This document shows positions 1 to 15,175 of a DNA stretch of 64,000 bases, in pieces (the stretch's first letter is position 1; each line of letters begins with the position of its first letter). The stretch is taken from the NCBI GenBank assembly GCA_964016885.1, contig OZ024740.1, forward strand, positions 192,262,001-192,326,000, written 5' to 3'. The position numbers were made by a program, and so were the translations under genes. Source of the stretch: Eledone cirrhosa. Lineage: Eukaryota. The notes below the pieces were generated by a model. That model saw nothing but the letters and a program-made list of their open reading frames with translations. It had not been told where the DNA came from and did not search any database.

Positions 1-1567
1 GGTTGATTTATTTTGTTAATGATATATTTTAATAATGATTTTCATCACTGTTTTTGTCAATTGAATTAATATGCGTTATCTAAAGTCTTTTTTTTTTGCG
101 GGGTATTATTTCAAGACTTATATATTAATCAAATGGTGATGAAGAAATGTAAAGAGCAGAATTATATCTCCCGTTTCCCTTCACAATAATGGTAAATTTG
201 TCTAGCCGACTAAAACGTTAACGTTTTATCCAGTTTGTATATATGTGATTAAGTAGAAACTCTAAGATCAAATACAAACTGCATAAGCAATGTTAAAAGG
301 TAAACCATTGCAAACGCATGATTATTCTCATCGAATATAAAATAATATTGCATTCATGCTTTGTCATAGTTAAACTACATAAAATAGAGAGCTCTGAATA
401 TAGGCTAAGCTTAATACATTCTATATATGCGTGAGTAACTATGTGTGCGGTTTTTTCTTTTTGTATGTAAACAATTTCAATATTGTTTAAATAGTTGAGG
501 TTTAAATTAAAGTAGAAAGTACCATACTTCTTTAAGATCACCCTCTTACGAAACACCAATGTTTATCAAATGGAAACCTTCGTTAATATTCAGAATCCTT
601 TCAATATACGTTTCATAAAATGCCCGAAACATAACATCGTTTTCCCTTGTAAAATTAAAACGAATACCTACTCATAAAATGCAAAATTAAACAAATCAAG
701 AGTATAAACTTCAATGCAAGATTGTCTTACATCAATACAGTGTCTATTGAAATATAAATAAGTATAACAACGAAAGTTTTGCGCTCATTTCAAACACAAA
801 TTCCGATTGCCTGTTGTAAATAATGTGAGGGTAACATTAGAATGTCATATAATCTTGATCTTGTTCATAACTGTTCATAGGTTAGAGGCCGAGAACCTTA
901 TCATCGTTATTTTATGACAAATGTTTCGTAGTTCAAATTAGCCAGGAATACAACTCTTATGGAAAGCATAAATCAACTATTTGAAGTCTAACATAGATAT
1001 GCGTCAAATGTCATAGCTTTACTTTTGTTTCGCTATGGTTTTACGTGTTTCATTAGCGTTGAATAAAATCGTTACAGGTCCTCCCCCAGCTGCCGCTAAA
1101 ATACATTTTCGGCTGAATGAAATGAAATAATAAATTGCCTTGTCAACAGGTCATACCAGCTGGAAATATATTACACACTCCTCTAAACAATCGGTTACGG
1201 GCCCAGATAGTGTAGATAGATAGATATTTTGAATATATTTAAACATTAAATACGAGGCTAATAGACGAGGAATTTATTGTTTGAGACGTTCATACGTTTT
1301 ATGGTTTCAACAGTTTTCTAGACGAACGAGGATGTATAGTGTTTTTGATGTGGGTAGCAGCATATTTGAAAACATCCCGATCAAGATAGATTATGTTGTT
1401 TGGTTGTTATAATCTTCACGTGTGCTATTCTTTTAGCAACGTTGCTTCTAAAAGGTGGATTTCAGAGGTCTTCAAAAAATTCACAATCGTAAATCTAGAT
1501 TCAAGGAAGGATCTTAAATGATAACAAAATTCCTCTAGAATAATAATAGTACACTTAAAAAATAAAT

Positions 1568-1768
1568 GTGGTGTAGTAGCAGAATCACTAGAGTATCACA
1601 ATAAATATATTCTGGAATTTACATATAAATACCAACTAAATCTTGCTGAAGTGAATTTTACTTTTCCTCCTACGAGTTCTGATAAAATAAGATACAAGCA
1701 AAAGACCTATGTCAATTTAATTGTCTAGCCCTCCTCCAAATTACTGATTTGTGCCAGGCTAGAAAAAT
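1568..1768 (+). mobile_element. Highly diverged tRNA-derived Meta-domain SINE
   Basis: Degenerate match to the window's SINE family: TTTACTTTTCCTCCTACGAGTTCTGATAAAATAAG and 3' GTGCCAGGCTAGAAA. Confidence 0.45.
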
Positions 1769-1837
1769 AGTTCACACCAAAATGATGATGATATATAATT
1801 ATTTGCAACAGATATATATTTTCCATTATTGATTATA

Positions 1838-2050
1838 GGTGCTTTGGATTGGCTGTATCGGTAGAGCGTCGGACAACATACATTGCGGAATATATTTATG
1901 TCTCTTTATGTTCTGAGATCAAATTTTACTGAGATTAATTTTGTCTTTCGTCCTTACGTAGTCGATAACATAAAGTAGCATAATGCACTTGGGTCCATTT
2001 AATCGATTTACCTGGAAATTGCTGGCCGTGTGTAGCCAAATGTAGAAACA
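1838..2050 (+). mobile_element. Diverged tRNA-derived Meta-domain SINE
   Basis: A-box-like TGGCTGTATCGG, B-box-like GAGATCAAAT, central TTTGTCTTTCGTCCTTACGTAGTCGATAA, 3' end GCTGGCCGTGTG...GTAGAAAC. Confidence 0.7.
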
Positions 2051-2100
2051 CTTATTTCTTATAGTTTCTATGCTATTTATTTCTAATATTATTTGATAAT

Positions 2101-2287
2101 TGGTTCTACTATTGGCACAAGGCCAGCAATTACTCAGTACATTACTGGTACTTTATTTTATCGACCCCGTAAGGATGAAAGGCAAAGTTAACCTCGGCGG
2201 GATTTGAACTCAGAATGGCAAGGGCCGTAACACTATGCGTCAAAGCATGGCGTCCGACCCTCTACCGATACTGCCAATTCACCGCCC
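2101..2287 (-). mobile_element. Full-length tRNA-derived Meta-domain SINE with 15-bp TSD
   Basis: Minus strand: A box TGGCAGTATCGG, B box GAGTTCAAATCC, GCCTTTCATCCTTACGGGGTCGATAAAATAAAGTACCAG. TSD ATATTATTTGATAAT at 2086-2100 and 2288-2302. Confidence 0.9.
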
Positions 2288-2326
2288 ATATTATTTGATA
2301 ATGTATATTTTTTCCGTTGATTTCAG

Positions 2327-2432
2327 TGATGAGCGTTCGATGCACTAAACAATCGATTTGTTAAACTTAAAGTTTGGGTATTTCAGAGACACATGTATCC
2401 TTCTCGTAATCCCGAAGTCGATTTAACATGAG
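2327..2432 (+). other. Possible non-coding (5' UTR) exon
   Basis: Pyrimidine tract + TTTCAG acceptor at 2321-2326 and GAG|GTAAGA donor at 2433, same strand as the ZNF exon. No transcript evidence. Confidence 0.3.
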
Positions 2433-3759
2433 GTAAGATATTGTAATTTATTTAGAGGTTTAATCTACTTATGGTAAAAAAACATGCCCAAAATGCCCTG
2501 CAGAAGATTCAAACCTGAGACATTAAGTTTTCGAAGTAGACGTCTTCACCATCCTGCATCCACTGTTTGTCGATAATACGGTTTTAATAAAAGCATCCAT
2601 ATAGAATTTATCAATACCTGTTTCTTTCACAATTTAACCTTTCAATTTAACTTTTCTTCGAAAAGAATTGCCCATGAGCAACTGTCAAAAGTCACAGGCT
2701 TTAATAGTTTTCTCATACCTTACAATTTGTAGTTAAATTTGTAATGACTAAGAATTGCCTCTCAAAAAGACTTTATATTTTCCTGTCAAGCGAAAGATAA
2801 ATGAAAGTGTACGCCATACGATACGCTGAATATAATAAAATAGGCGATGCAAACACGGATTAGAAAACATATAAAATATAAAGGATAATATAGGACCATC
2901 CGCTGTTCGTTTCGAAATTCATTGCCGTCTCTTAGTTTTCATTTCTAATTTATAAATAGCTCGAAACTTGAACAGTTTTAAGATTGCTGTACTTAAGGTA
3001 TTAGGTTGTAATTTTAAGTAAAATCAAGATGTACGTTGCAGCTGAAATAGAATGCCTGACACAGTATATGTAGTTCAGGTGTCTACATCTGAACATTATT
3101 CTAGACTGTTTATAACAGAGGCAGCAATATATATCTCCTAGCGTTTGTTATTTTAAAGAATAGAATTAATAGGATATCATCACATTTGTCATATTCTAAA
3201 CAATATTTCTGATAGCATATCAGAGCCAATTCGTGTGAGCCACACCCCAACACAACTAGACACAGACATCCACACGCATACGTATATATATGACAGTTAC
3301 AACTTCGATTCATACTTAATATAATATATATACATATATAAGTACGCATGCATACGTACACACACACGCACACACACACACATATTCCCTTCATTTATAT
3401 TTCTTTATGTAGTGTATATGTTTTCTCTACGCATTCCATTATGTAACGCTTTATGAATGTTTTCATGTAAACCCTCATATGTATTTTTTTATATATATTT
3501 TTACAATATATCCCTTCATTGTTCCTATGAGCTTCCCATATATCATTTTGTTTACAAGGTTTCTTTATGAGAATTATCTCACTTTAACACCCTAATGCCA
3601 ACTCACTCAACGTGTGCTTCAAAGTGTGTCTGCATATACGTATATACCGCTATGTGACGTGTTATGCACTTTTTTTTTTTTTTTACGTATTTCTTCACGT
3701 AAATTGTCTTTGTGTATTCTCCGATGTACTTTCCAAGTAGTTTTTTACAGTTTCTTTTC

Positions 3760-4245
<486 letters not shown>

Positions 4246-4254
4246 TCAAGATAA

Positions 4255-4785
<531 letters not shown>

Positions 4786-4932
4786 TATTTTCCATTGTGT
4801 TGTAATATAAATATTACACACAGTAGATTGACAGCTCACGTAGAGTTTGCTCGACGGTTCCAGTTGAAATTCTAAAAGTAATCCGGAGTAAAATAGAAAG
4901 ATTTGAATGGATACAGTTTAGTTGAAAGGAAT

Positions 4933-5053
4933 TTATTGACACGTGTTTCTATAACAGTTACATAACCTGAAAACAGCTGCTATCTACAAAGTATTAGTTA
5001 TGCAGACAATCAATATTTCAATGTTATTATTTACTGTCATTTCATCAGAATAA
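4933..5053 (-). ncRNA. Type I hammerhead ribozyme with extended stem II
   Basis: Minus strand TTATT-CTGATGA-[ATGACAGT...ACTGTTAT, ~90 nt hairpin]-GAAA-CACGTG-TC-AATAA; palindromic stem III. Confidence 0.8.
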
Positions 5054-5400
5054 TATTACTGAGGACCTGTTTGGTTTTTATAGAGAATATTAGGGCAGAG
5101 AGGTGAAGTTGTTAGAAGAATAGTTGAGGGAGTGGTTTTTTGATAGCAGTGAGAATTTTTGGTGGCAGTGAGTAATTAGATTACCATCTGTTGTTTTGAC
5201 ATTTTTATAGAATATATTATTGGTTATTTTTCTAAATCTATAGAGGGATTAGACATCGTAAAGATATGCGTGGTTGGTTTTGTGTTTGCACTTAATTAAC
5301 ATTCAGACTTAAATTTTTCCTTTCCAGTGTACGTATCCTTTCACCCACGCATTCTCACACAAACATATTTGAAGCCCTCTACAAAATACATATACATATA

Positions 5401-5472
<72 letters not shown>

Positions 5473-5477
<5 letters not shown>

Positions 5478-6168
5478 AAGGTTTAGCAAATAATGAAAAA
5501 GTTTCAAAATGAATTTTAAAAAATTTACTTTACCTACTATAGTTACCTTTACCGATCGGTTTCGAATCCCAAAAATAAAACGGAGACCATACGGCCTTCG
5601 TTGCAAAGAAAGATTCTCGTCAGAAGGTTCTTTTCATTCAAAGAATATAAAATTCCTGAATTTAAATTACAGACTAGCGCTATCAAAACTGTTCCCGGGA
5701 TGAGAGTGGATGATGTAGAAACAGGTTTATCAATGGCCGAAATAAAGATAGAGGCAGAAGGAGGTAGGTCAAACCAGCCACAGCTATCGCTAGCAGCAGT
5801 CAGAGCGACCAAATTTGTTCTCAACATTAGAGGAGGTAGTAGTAATAGGATATGTGTTCCTTCACGCACAAGGCGCTAAGGTACGCATGTATTGTCCAAC
5901 CAAATGCCAGTGTGGTTCAATGGCGGGTTAATAAATTAACGAGCCAGAACAAATATAAACAAGGTTTAGCAAATAATGAAAAAGTTTCTAAATAAATTTT
6001 AAAAATTTGACTTTACCTACTATAGTTACCTTTGCCGATCGGTTTCTAAACCTTGTTTATATTTGTTCTGGCTCGTTAATTTATTAACCCGCCATTGAAC
6101 CACACTGGCATTTGGTTGGACAATACATGCGTACCTTAGCGCCTTGTGCGTGAAGGAACACATATCCT
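5473..6168 (-). mobile_element. Non-autonomous PLE / retrozyme-like unit (~480 bp) with partial tandem repeat and terminal inversion
   Basis: 5473-5562 is directly repeated at ~5957-6046; 6049-6168 is the reverse complement of ~5847-5968; flanked by (TA)n on both sides; contains an HHR. Confidence 0.85.
5545..5628 (-). ncRNA. Type I hammerhead ribozyme
   Basis: Minus strand ACCTT-CTGACGA-GAATC...GATTC-GAAA-CCGATCGG-TA-AAGGT. Confidence 0.88.
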
Positions 6169-6371
6169 ATATATATATATATATATATATAAATAAAGGC
6201 TGCAAACTCTGCTAACCCGTACATGTACGTATGGGTTGTATCGAACATTAATAATAATATTCGATTCGTTTGTAGACAATCAAGCCCCGATTAGAAGCTG
6301 TGCCGTGCCGGTGACCAGTCGTCACTTCTTTGTTCAACACTGCCTATGAGAAACAGTCAACATTATTATAC

Positions 6372-6620
6372 CAGTGGATTGGCAGTATATGTAGAGGATC
6401 GTACGCAATGCTTTCCAGCATAGTTACGTCCCTTTACGATCTGAGTTCAAATCACGGCGAGGTTGACTTTGCCTTTCATCCTTACGGGGTTGATAAAATA
6501 AAGTACCAGTAATGCACTGGCTGATTGCTTGCCTTGTGCCTAAAGTAGAAACAATTATTATACCAGTAATGCACTGTGTAATTGCTGGCCTTGTGCGACA
6601 TGTAGAAACAATTATTATTA
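6372..6620 (+). mobile_element. Meta-domain SINE with duplicated 3' tail
   Basis: B box GAGTTCAAATC, Meta-type core at ~6465-6510; tail TACCAGTAATGCACT...GTAGAAACAATTATTA occurs twice. Confidence 0.85.
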
Positions 6621-7211
6621 ACGATATAAACCATACGTAAATATGTATATGTATGTGTGTGTGTCTGTATATATATATATATACAGACATGTATATATAT
6701 ATATATATGTCAGGTTGCTCTCGAGTGCTACTGATGAAATGTAACCCAGTATAATCTGTCTCATGGTCGGCTCGTTGGTGACTAAACTGGCAATCCCACC
6801 GAGCTAGCTTCGTGAGGAGGGTTATATTTGGACACTCCGCCGGATGAAATTCATGACGCGGCAAAGGGCGGAGGAACTCAGCAGAGTCAACGGCCATCCA
6901 AATACCATTTTGCTTTTGAAAGGCACGAGGTGTTATCACAAAACCTTTCTAGGAGAAGAATAGTTTGAAAAAAAACATGCGGCTTCGGAAGTATCCAATA
7001 GTGTTGACCAGTCTCCTTTTCGAGTAGTGTTTTCGATGCTAAGAGAGTGGGATTGGTCGAGTGAAAGGCTTTTCCCCTCTTAAAAAACCTTCAAAGAACA
7101 GATATTGCGTGTTCAGCATATGATACTGGTTCGCCTGGCTGGCCGTAGCCTAAAAGTGCACCACACTCTATAATCTAACAAGCAATTGCAATACACTTAG
7201 CAGAGTTTGCA

Positions 7212-7260
<49 letters not shown>

Positions 7261-7729
7261 TATATGGCTCATTAAGCGAAATCTTGCTTTACTCCTTTAT
7301 GTTTCCGTCTCATTTGTTTCTAACTAGCCCACTCCTCTAGTTCTTGGTATTTTCCTGTGAGGATTGTGATGTTCCAAGTTCGAATTATCATGGAAAGTTT
7401 GCGCCCTCGAAGTTTCCTGATATGCAATCTTTGAGATTCTACCCCACACATTCCCAGGACATTTCGTAAGCGTATTGCAAGCTTTTGCGTAAAATAGAGA
7501 CTGTAATATATTGTTCAAATAGGCCCGGCTACCTAAGGCTTGAACGCGTCTCTTGTTAATGCGCGAAGAACGATGCGGTGTGGTTGGTTTGGTTTTTCAC
7601 TTCTCACCGTATTGCCGTTATGGTGGGTTTTTTCGTGCCATTCCCCATTCTGGTACTTTCTCAAACTCGGCGAGATATAGGCAGGTTTTCATCAACAATG
7701 TTTCATAGTTCTAGTACCGTAGATTTGAA

Positions 7730-9492
7730 TGGAGAATAGAATGTCCACTATTTAGGTGTAGCGCCACAAATGATTAAACATATATGCGTGGGATACTCAA
7801 GTATCCCGCTGTTAGAATGTGTGCTGGTCTGAATACTATTAGGATGGAGGATTTGCCTCATGAAATTTAGGCTGAAAAATATTTCTCTGCGGGTGGTGCA
7901 AGTTTATGCAACAAGTAAGGAGTTCGAATACATATCCTTACTTGATGAAGTCACTGCAGCGTTAGGTGTAGTTAAGACTGTGTCATGTAACCTAATGGGA
8001 GACCTCAATTCATATGCTGACACTGATCACTGGACATAGAAAGGAGTGATTGGATGAAACGATGATCGCGACCTCATTATGAATGGAGAGGCTTTATTAT
8101 ACATCTGTTGTAGCAATGGACCATTTATTATGAATATCTTCTTCAGGACAGGAACATCCATAAATCTTCATGGAATAAGTAGAAACAGGAAATGAGATAA
8201 ATAATTATATTTGGTTATTAACACTGATCTTTTCTATTATTTTCAGGGCCTGAGCTTTCAACTAACTTTCATCTAGTTATCTGCAACTTAAGACTGCCTA
8301 AAGCCAAAGAAGCGCACAAAACTGACAGGTCCAGGTCGACCTACTTAAGTTGTAAAAGTTGCTGGATAAGGTAGTCAGGATCAGTTAAGCAGATATTATT
8401 GCATGCAAATTCAGAGAATGATCTGAACAGATTGAGGGTGTTGAAACAGAGTGGTGATTGTTCAGCCCTATAGCTTCTGCTTCAGTTGTTATATGCTTTG
8501 TGTGACACTGGATGGCAAGAGGACCATTTGTTTTAATCATGAAGACAAAGAAGGAGACCTATAAATTTTGGCTTGGAAATAAGTCGTCTTTCTTGCACTT
8601 GCAGTACAATCAGGCACGAAGAATCGCAGTAGAGAGAGTAAATGCGTCCAAAGTTCAGACATGGGCTGATTCTGTTGTTAAACTGGAATCCGATTACAGT
8701 CAAGCATAAATGTTACTGGCAGACTAACCGACGCCTTAGTAAAAAGTAGTCCTGCTCCACACATGCTATTAGAGTTGCAACTGTGGTTGTCCTCTCTTCA
8801 GAGGTGGATAGAATACATTGCTGATCTCGTAGACACGACCACAATAGAATATTGTGGTGTATACGAAGTGCATTTGGGAGCTCTGGCTAATCTCTGGGAG
8901 GATGAGGGCACGAGAACAAAAAAATAACATGAATATGGCAAGGCTGCTAGGAAGGAAACAATTCGGTCTGAGGTGTTAAAAGCCTAACACAGAGAATGTA
9001 TTCTCACACTCACTCATGTGTGCAGAGTGGCATGGATCTCTGCAATAACACTTATGCAATGACAATCGTGAGTGATAATCTCAATTTTAAAAAGGGGAGA
9101 CAAGAGGGCTTGCTCCAATTATAGCTATAGCTCCTTGTTATGTCTCCACCAAGTGTGCTTACCTGAAACCTTCTGGAACAATATTGACCTGGGAAGCGGG
9201 ATTTGAAGAGGTATCACAACTGGCGGGTATAAAATCATTCGGCTGCAATGTGTGAACCACACTGTATTATTTAACTAGACAGAAGGCGCAAAACTAAGCG
9301 GCAGAACACCAAGTCGTAGACGCTGAGCTATAGCTTGATAACATCCATGAGCTTGGTCGGTTTCGCTTGTGGATCCACCCAGATCAATTGAAACGGTTGC
9401 TTCTGTCAGGATCGGTTGGAAGGTGTGTTTGAGAAATCTTCGCCCACGACCTTTTCAGGAATATGCGGACAAAGAAGAAGAAGAAGAAGAAG

Positions 9493-9521
<29 letters not shown>
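7730..9521 (+). mobile_element. Decayed RTE-clade LINE (APE endonuclease + RT start) with (GAA)n tail
   Basis: LMGDLN (GDFN-like) at ~7990, KAA..IRSEVLKA at ~8940, FKKG-DKRACSNY at ~9085; many stops; (GAA)n at 9474-9521. Confidence 0.7.
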
Positions 9522-9523
<2 letters not shown>

Positions 9524-11231
9524 TCTAGTATGTCGTTCTGTCGTCTATCCTTCTGTTTTTCTTCAATATTCCCATGAAGGGCAGACGTCCGAATGATTAA
9601 AATTGCTTTAACTATATCAATCGTTAAACTAGAAATGTATGAGTGCCTTCATGAATGTAGTTATGAATTTCTATCTCTCTGTAAACCACTATTACCTTAA
9701 TAATTAATGTATGAATCTTAACTTTGATACCATCCTCTATATTATAACAAAGTTCATTTATTTCTAACAATAAATATATTTTCTTTATCAAACTGTAACT
9801 CCTCTTGGGTCAGAACTGGCCGTTATATATTTATTGTCTAGCCATGTCCCGTCGGGATTATTAAGGTTTCTGATAAATACGACGCCAGCATTTAATGATT
9901 TATACAGCACAGGCATCGGAGTAACCCAACGCCTCGTATCGGCGTCTTTCAGCTACACAAATGCCGTTTTGTGATGGTAGTCCATGAAATTGAAGTGCAC
10001 CCGTTATCATGCCGCCATAACGCAGTACGATTATCCCCGAAGCGCTATTCTGAACGACATCATCAGAATTACCATCGACGCAACCAACTTGTTATCACAA
10101 CTAGAGCTAGCTGCTGTCGATTCTAGTGTTAGTGAGGGCCTTCATAGAATAACCCTCTTCCCATTCGAGGGAGGTAATCCCTAAAATCCGTCTCCCGCCT
10201 CATCGCTTTCGTACCGGTCACCGGCTAGAATGTATGTGTTTTCGGTCCCCATACTGCTGATTTCCTTCGTCAAAACGGAAAGACGGCTGCGGGAGTAGCC
10301 CCATTAGATGGGATGGCTGTCACTGGCCAATCTCCGCTACAATACCTATGCCATTTTCACCGCAAGGGCGCAGCTGAAGCTTAGTCTAGTGTTTATTCTC
10401 TTTCGCTCCCTCCACTCACCCTTTCTTTTGTTGCTTAATTCATTTTTCTTAAATTCTTATCTTTTTATGTTTCCTTGTACATTTCCATATATATTGTACA
10501 GATGGTTTTATCACATTTCCTGCATTTTGAATTAGAATGAACACAGATTAATACAAACATATGTCTTGATTAAAAAATAAACTCTTCCATATGACCTTTG
10601 TTTGTCATTTTACACAGACCCAAACACACATTATGACATGTTTCGTAAGATTTTGCGCAGTAGTGTAGGAACGAGCTTTCTTGAGAAATTAATTTTTAAC
10701 CACACAACGGTGGATGTGCTACGACCTTTGCATTGCTGTATGTAGTGTCCGAAGGCGGCAAATTGTACCTAATTTTCAAGTCATGGAGTTTGGAAAATCA
10801 TTTTCAAGTCATCCATTTGGTCGATGATATCAGTATTGCGCCAACATCAAAAACTATTAGTCATAAAATAAAGAAAATATCACAAGTTACATTTTCCTCT
10901 TCATTATCATCATCATCCCCATAATCATCATCAACAACATCTTCATTATCATCGTATATGCAACCCGAACTCCTACCATTATTATGGTAGATGTTTATTT
11001 TGTAATGATATTATTAAGACTAATATTGGTGCTATTTTGATTAATCATTTCTTTTCTTGCGTCTACAAATGTTGTTAACGTGATTAGCGACATTGTTACC
11101 ATACCATTTTATCGGTTGTTTTCTCATTCCTGCCGATAAATGGATATCATTTCGCAGCAGCCATTGCTTCAATAGATAACGTCGTCCTATATTCAGACTA
11201 GCTGCGCTTGTGTACAAATATGGAAAATGAT

Positions 11232-11296
<65 letters not shown>

Positions 11297-11297
11297 A

Positions 11298-12197
<900 letters not shown>

Positions 12198-13109
12198 TAG
12201 ATGTGGTCTAATCATGTATTGATTCGGCCATCATTCTCAGTCAGACAATTCATGTTGTTACAATGATTTTATACATTGTGCTGTTTTCAGTATGTTTCCC
12301 AATTATTCCGCGTATTCAATAACGTAATTAGAGATTAATACTGGAAGTCATTCACAAGTGAAATATGGTCACATGTCATTTCCGTACCTCAAATATAAAA
12401 CATACAGTAGGAATAGTAATATGTCTCTCTTTATTCCTCTCTCCTTCTCTCAGTCTATCCCTATATATCTTTATATATCAATCCCTCACTTCATCTTTCG
12501 GTCCCGTTCTCTTCCCATTCTTCATCTGTCTATTCCTTCTCTCAATGTCTCTTCATCTTCCACATATCTCCCTCACTCTTTCAGTTAATTCACAACATTT
12601 TCCTGAATATGGCTGCTATCGATCAGACTTTTGAAGAGAGGAAATGGCTTGACCATCCTGTCGTTTTCTTTTTAAGTTTGGTCTCCGAGGAAGGCATCTA
12701 TTTCAACATAAATAAATTTATTTGATATTTTAAATGGTAAGTTATGAGGTGAGGTGTATCTGGCTGATATTTTCTACAGGTTGCGCTATCACATAGACAC
12801 ACGCTTGTTGAAATGCTTATTCTGTTGTTAATAATGATAGGGTATAAGCGATACTACATATTTATTTAGTATGAATCTTGTTCAGACTTATTTCAGATTT
12901 AGCACCCAAAGCAGGTAAGGTTCGTATTAAACAAATCTATATAAAATATATTTGTCACACAATATTTCTCAAACATATGATAAATATATGCGTATAAAAA
13001 TTTGGGAAGCCCAGGTTTACCTATTTAACTTTGTTATAATTATATTTATATATCTATATGCGCACAGTCTGATATATATCTATATGATATATACATACAT
13101 ACAAGCATA

Positions 13110-13290
13110 TATGTAAAATGTTTCCTTAATCATTAAAGAGATACAGATATCCAAAGAAAAGGAATACCACAAATTTAGCGAACAGAATATGGTAGCTCAA
13201 AGACAAGTCTTAAACGGAAGATAATTGAACAATATTAAGCATATGTGAATGGGCAAAACGTTTGCAGATTATGCAACGAGGAGGAGCGGT
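13110..13290 (+). pseudogene. Remnant of PLE GIY-YIG endonuclease C-terminus
   Basis: Translates to ..KIIEQY*AYVNGQNVCRLCNEE, matching the PYQ..CRLCxxE end of the other PLEs in this window. Confidence 0.55.
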
Positions 13291-13654
13291 GTGAGACTAA
13301 TAATGTTTACACCAACAATAGATCTATAAATATACGCCTTCAGTTGTTCACACGAGGCAGCTACTAAATATCTGCCCTCCATAATAACTACATTTTATTC
13401 CTAAAAGAAATTTTTCTAAATTCTTCTTTATTCCCCCTTTTTCTTGTGTTGATCTACATAGCAGTACTCATTGCCAGGTGCCCCCCCCCCCCCCCCCAAC
13501 GTTAAGTTCTAAAAGATATGTTTCGATATTCTGAATTCATTCCTTTATTCTTCCATTATTACATCCCCTTTGGTCACTCTCATATCTCTTTCCTTTATAT
13601 AAGCTATTACCGATTTTTCCACCGACGCAGTTTCAGAAGATTGTCCTCCAAACA

Positions 13655-14275
13655 AACATTTTGGAAACTAACATTGTGGACCTAGTGTTGAGTACCCATA
13701 CTAAAACTATACATAATATTACAGTGGAAAGAACTCTTCTTTCAGACCATGACATAGTTCTCTGTAACCTGAGATTGCACCAGCCGAAAGATAATCATAG
13801 TGGCCTCTCTACAGCCCACCTATTTGACATTATGGATCTTTGTAATCCCAACTGGGATGCAATCATGAACGACCTATCACATGTTGATTGGTATTTTACA
13901 GACGCACACATCTCCACCAACATCAACACATCTTGCAAGATCTTTGTAGACACTGTCTCAAACATATGAGCCAAAAACCTCCCTCCAAGAACTGTGAACA
14001 AAACTAAGTGCATAATCCACCAAAACAGAAACAAATATTATCAGAAAAGTAAAAAAAAAACAAAGAAAAAAAATTAACAAACTATAATACTAACACACAA
14101 ATTCGATGGCTATGGCACTACTTGAATAAATAATATATATAACCTCCAACAATGCATGAAGTCCATCATCAATAACCAAAGAACAGCTGAGGATAAAATA
14201 GGCAATTGAGAAAATCAAATTCAACCGCAAAGTGTTCTTTTCATTTGCGAAAAGACACATGGTCACCGTCACCAC
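13655..14275 (+). mobile_element. CR1/L2-like LINE fragment (APE endonuclease C-terminus and linker)
   Basis: NIVDLVLS...LSDHDIV (IDLVL/SDH motifs), then IEKIKFNRKVFFSFAK. Confidence 0.75.
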
Positions 14276-14295
14276 TGTATATATATATATATATA

Positions 14296-14985
14296 TATTA
14301 ATGATAGGAATTCCAACTTTCTCTGATTTACTCGTTTTATTTACAATCTTTTAAAATTTATAATGGTATTATAATGAAATAGTATGATAGAATATTAAAT
14401 TGTAAGTGTTAATTGAACAAGTACTTTCATGCTTTCGCAATCTTCAGGTTCATAATATGTGTTGACAGTCAAGTTTGCAATTTTCAACTGTAATGAGATG
14501 GGTAAATGTTCTACCTTATATACAGTGAAAAGTGGCTCCGGAATGCTAAATCTTGCAAACTGTATTTCGACCAATCAGTGTGTAGTTTCACTGAATTACT
14601 AAAGCTGATTGGTTTAAGCGTCACGGCTGGTTGAGCATGTCTAACGACCAATAATTAATCAGATCCAGAGTATCAATTGTTTTGCTATTTTTAGAAATGA
14701 TGAAAATAGCATTTTCTAGTAATCATCACCATCAACATCACTTTTATTATTATTATTATTGTTGTTGTTTTTGTTGTTGTTGTTAGTGGTCGTAGTCATA
14801 GTCGTAGTAGAAGTAATACCCCTAGGCGTTATTATTGTTCATTTAGCTTGGGTTTGAATTTATCAATAAAATTATTTTCTTTGATTTTTCTCTTGATTTC
14901 ATGAATTCTCTTGAGTTTATAAATGTTAAAGGATTGTAAATAAAACGAGTAAATCAGACAAAGTTGGAATTCCTCTTATTAATAT
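14296..14985 (-). mobile_element. PLE pseudo-LTR fragment with ~65-bp terminal inversion
   Basis: 14296-14363 is the reverse complement of ~14917-14983; starts at (TA)n; contains an HHR. Confidence 0.8.
14414..14452 (-). ncRNA. Minimal type I hammerhead ribozyme
   Basis: Minus strand TGAAC-CTGAAGA-TTGC(GAAA)GCAT-GAAA-GTAC-TT-GTTCA. Confidence 0.8.
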
Positions 14986-15024
14986 AATCTTCTATACACA
15001 ATCATACACACCCGTGTATATTTA

Positions 15025-15080
<56 letters not shown>

Positions 15081-15091
15081 TATATATATAT

Positions 15092-15171
<80 letters not shown>

Positions 15172-15175
<4 letters not shown>

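Noticed and set aside
1-1560. ORF 293-559 and possible promoter
   Set aside because: No recognisable domain or motif; ordinary AT-rich non-coding sequence.
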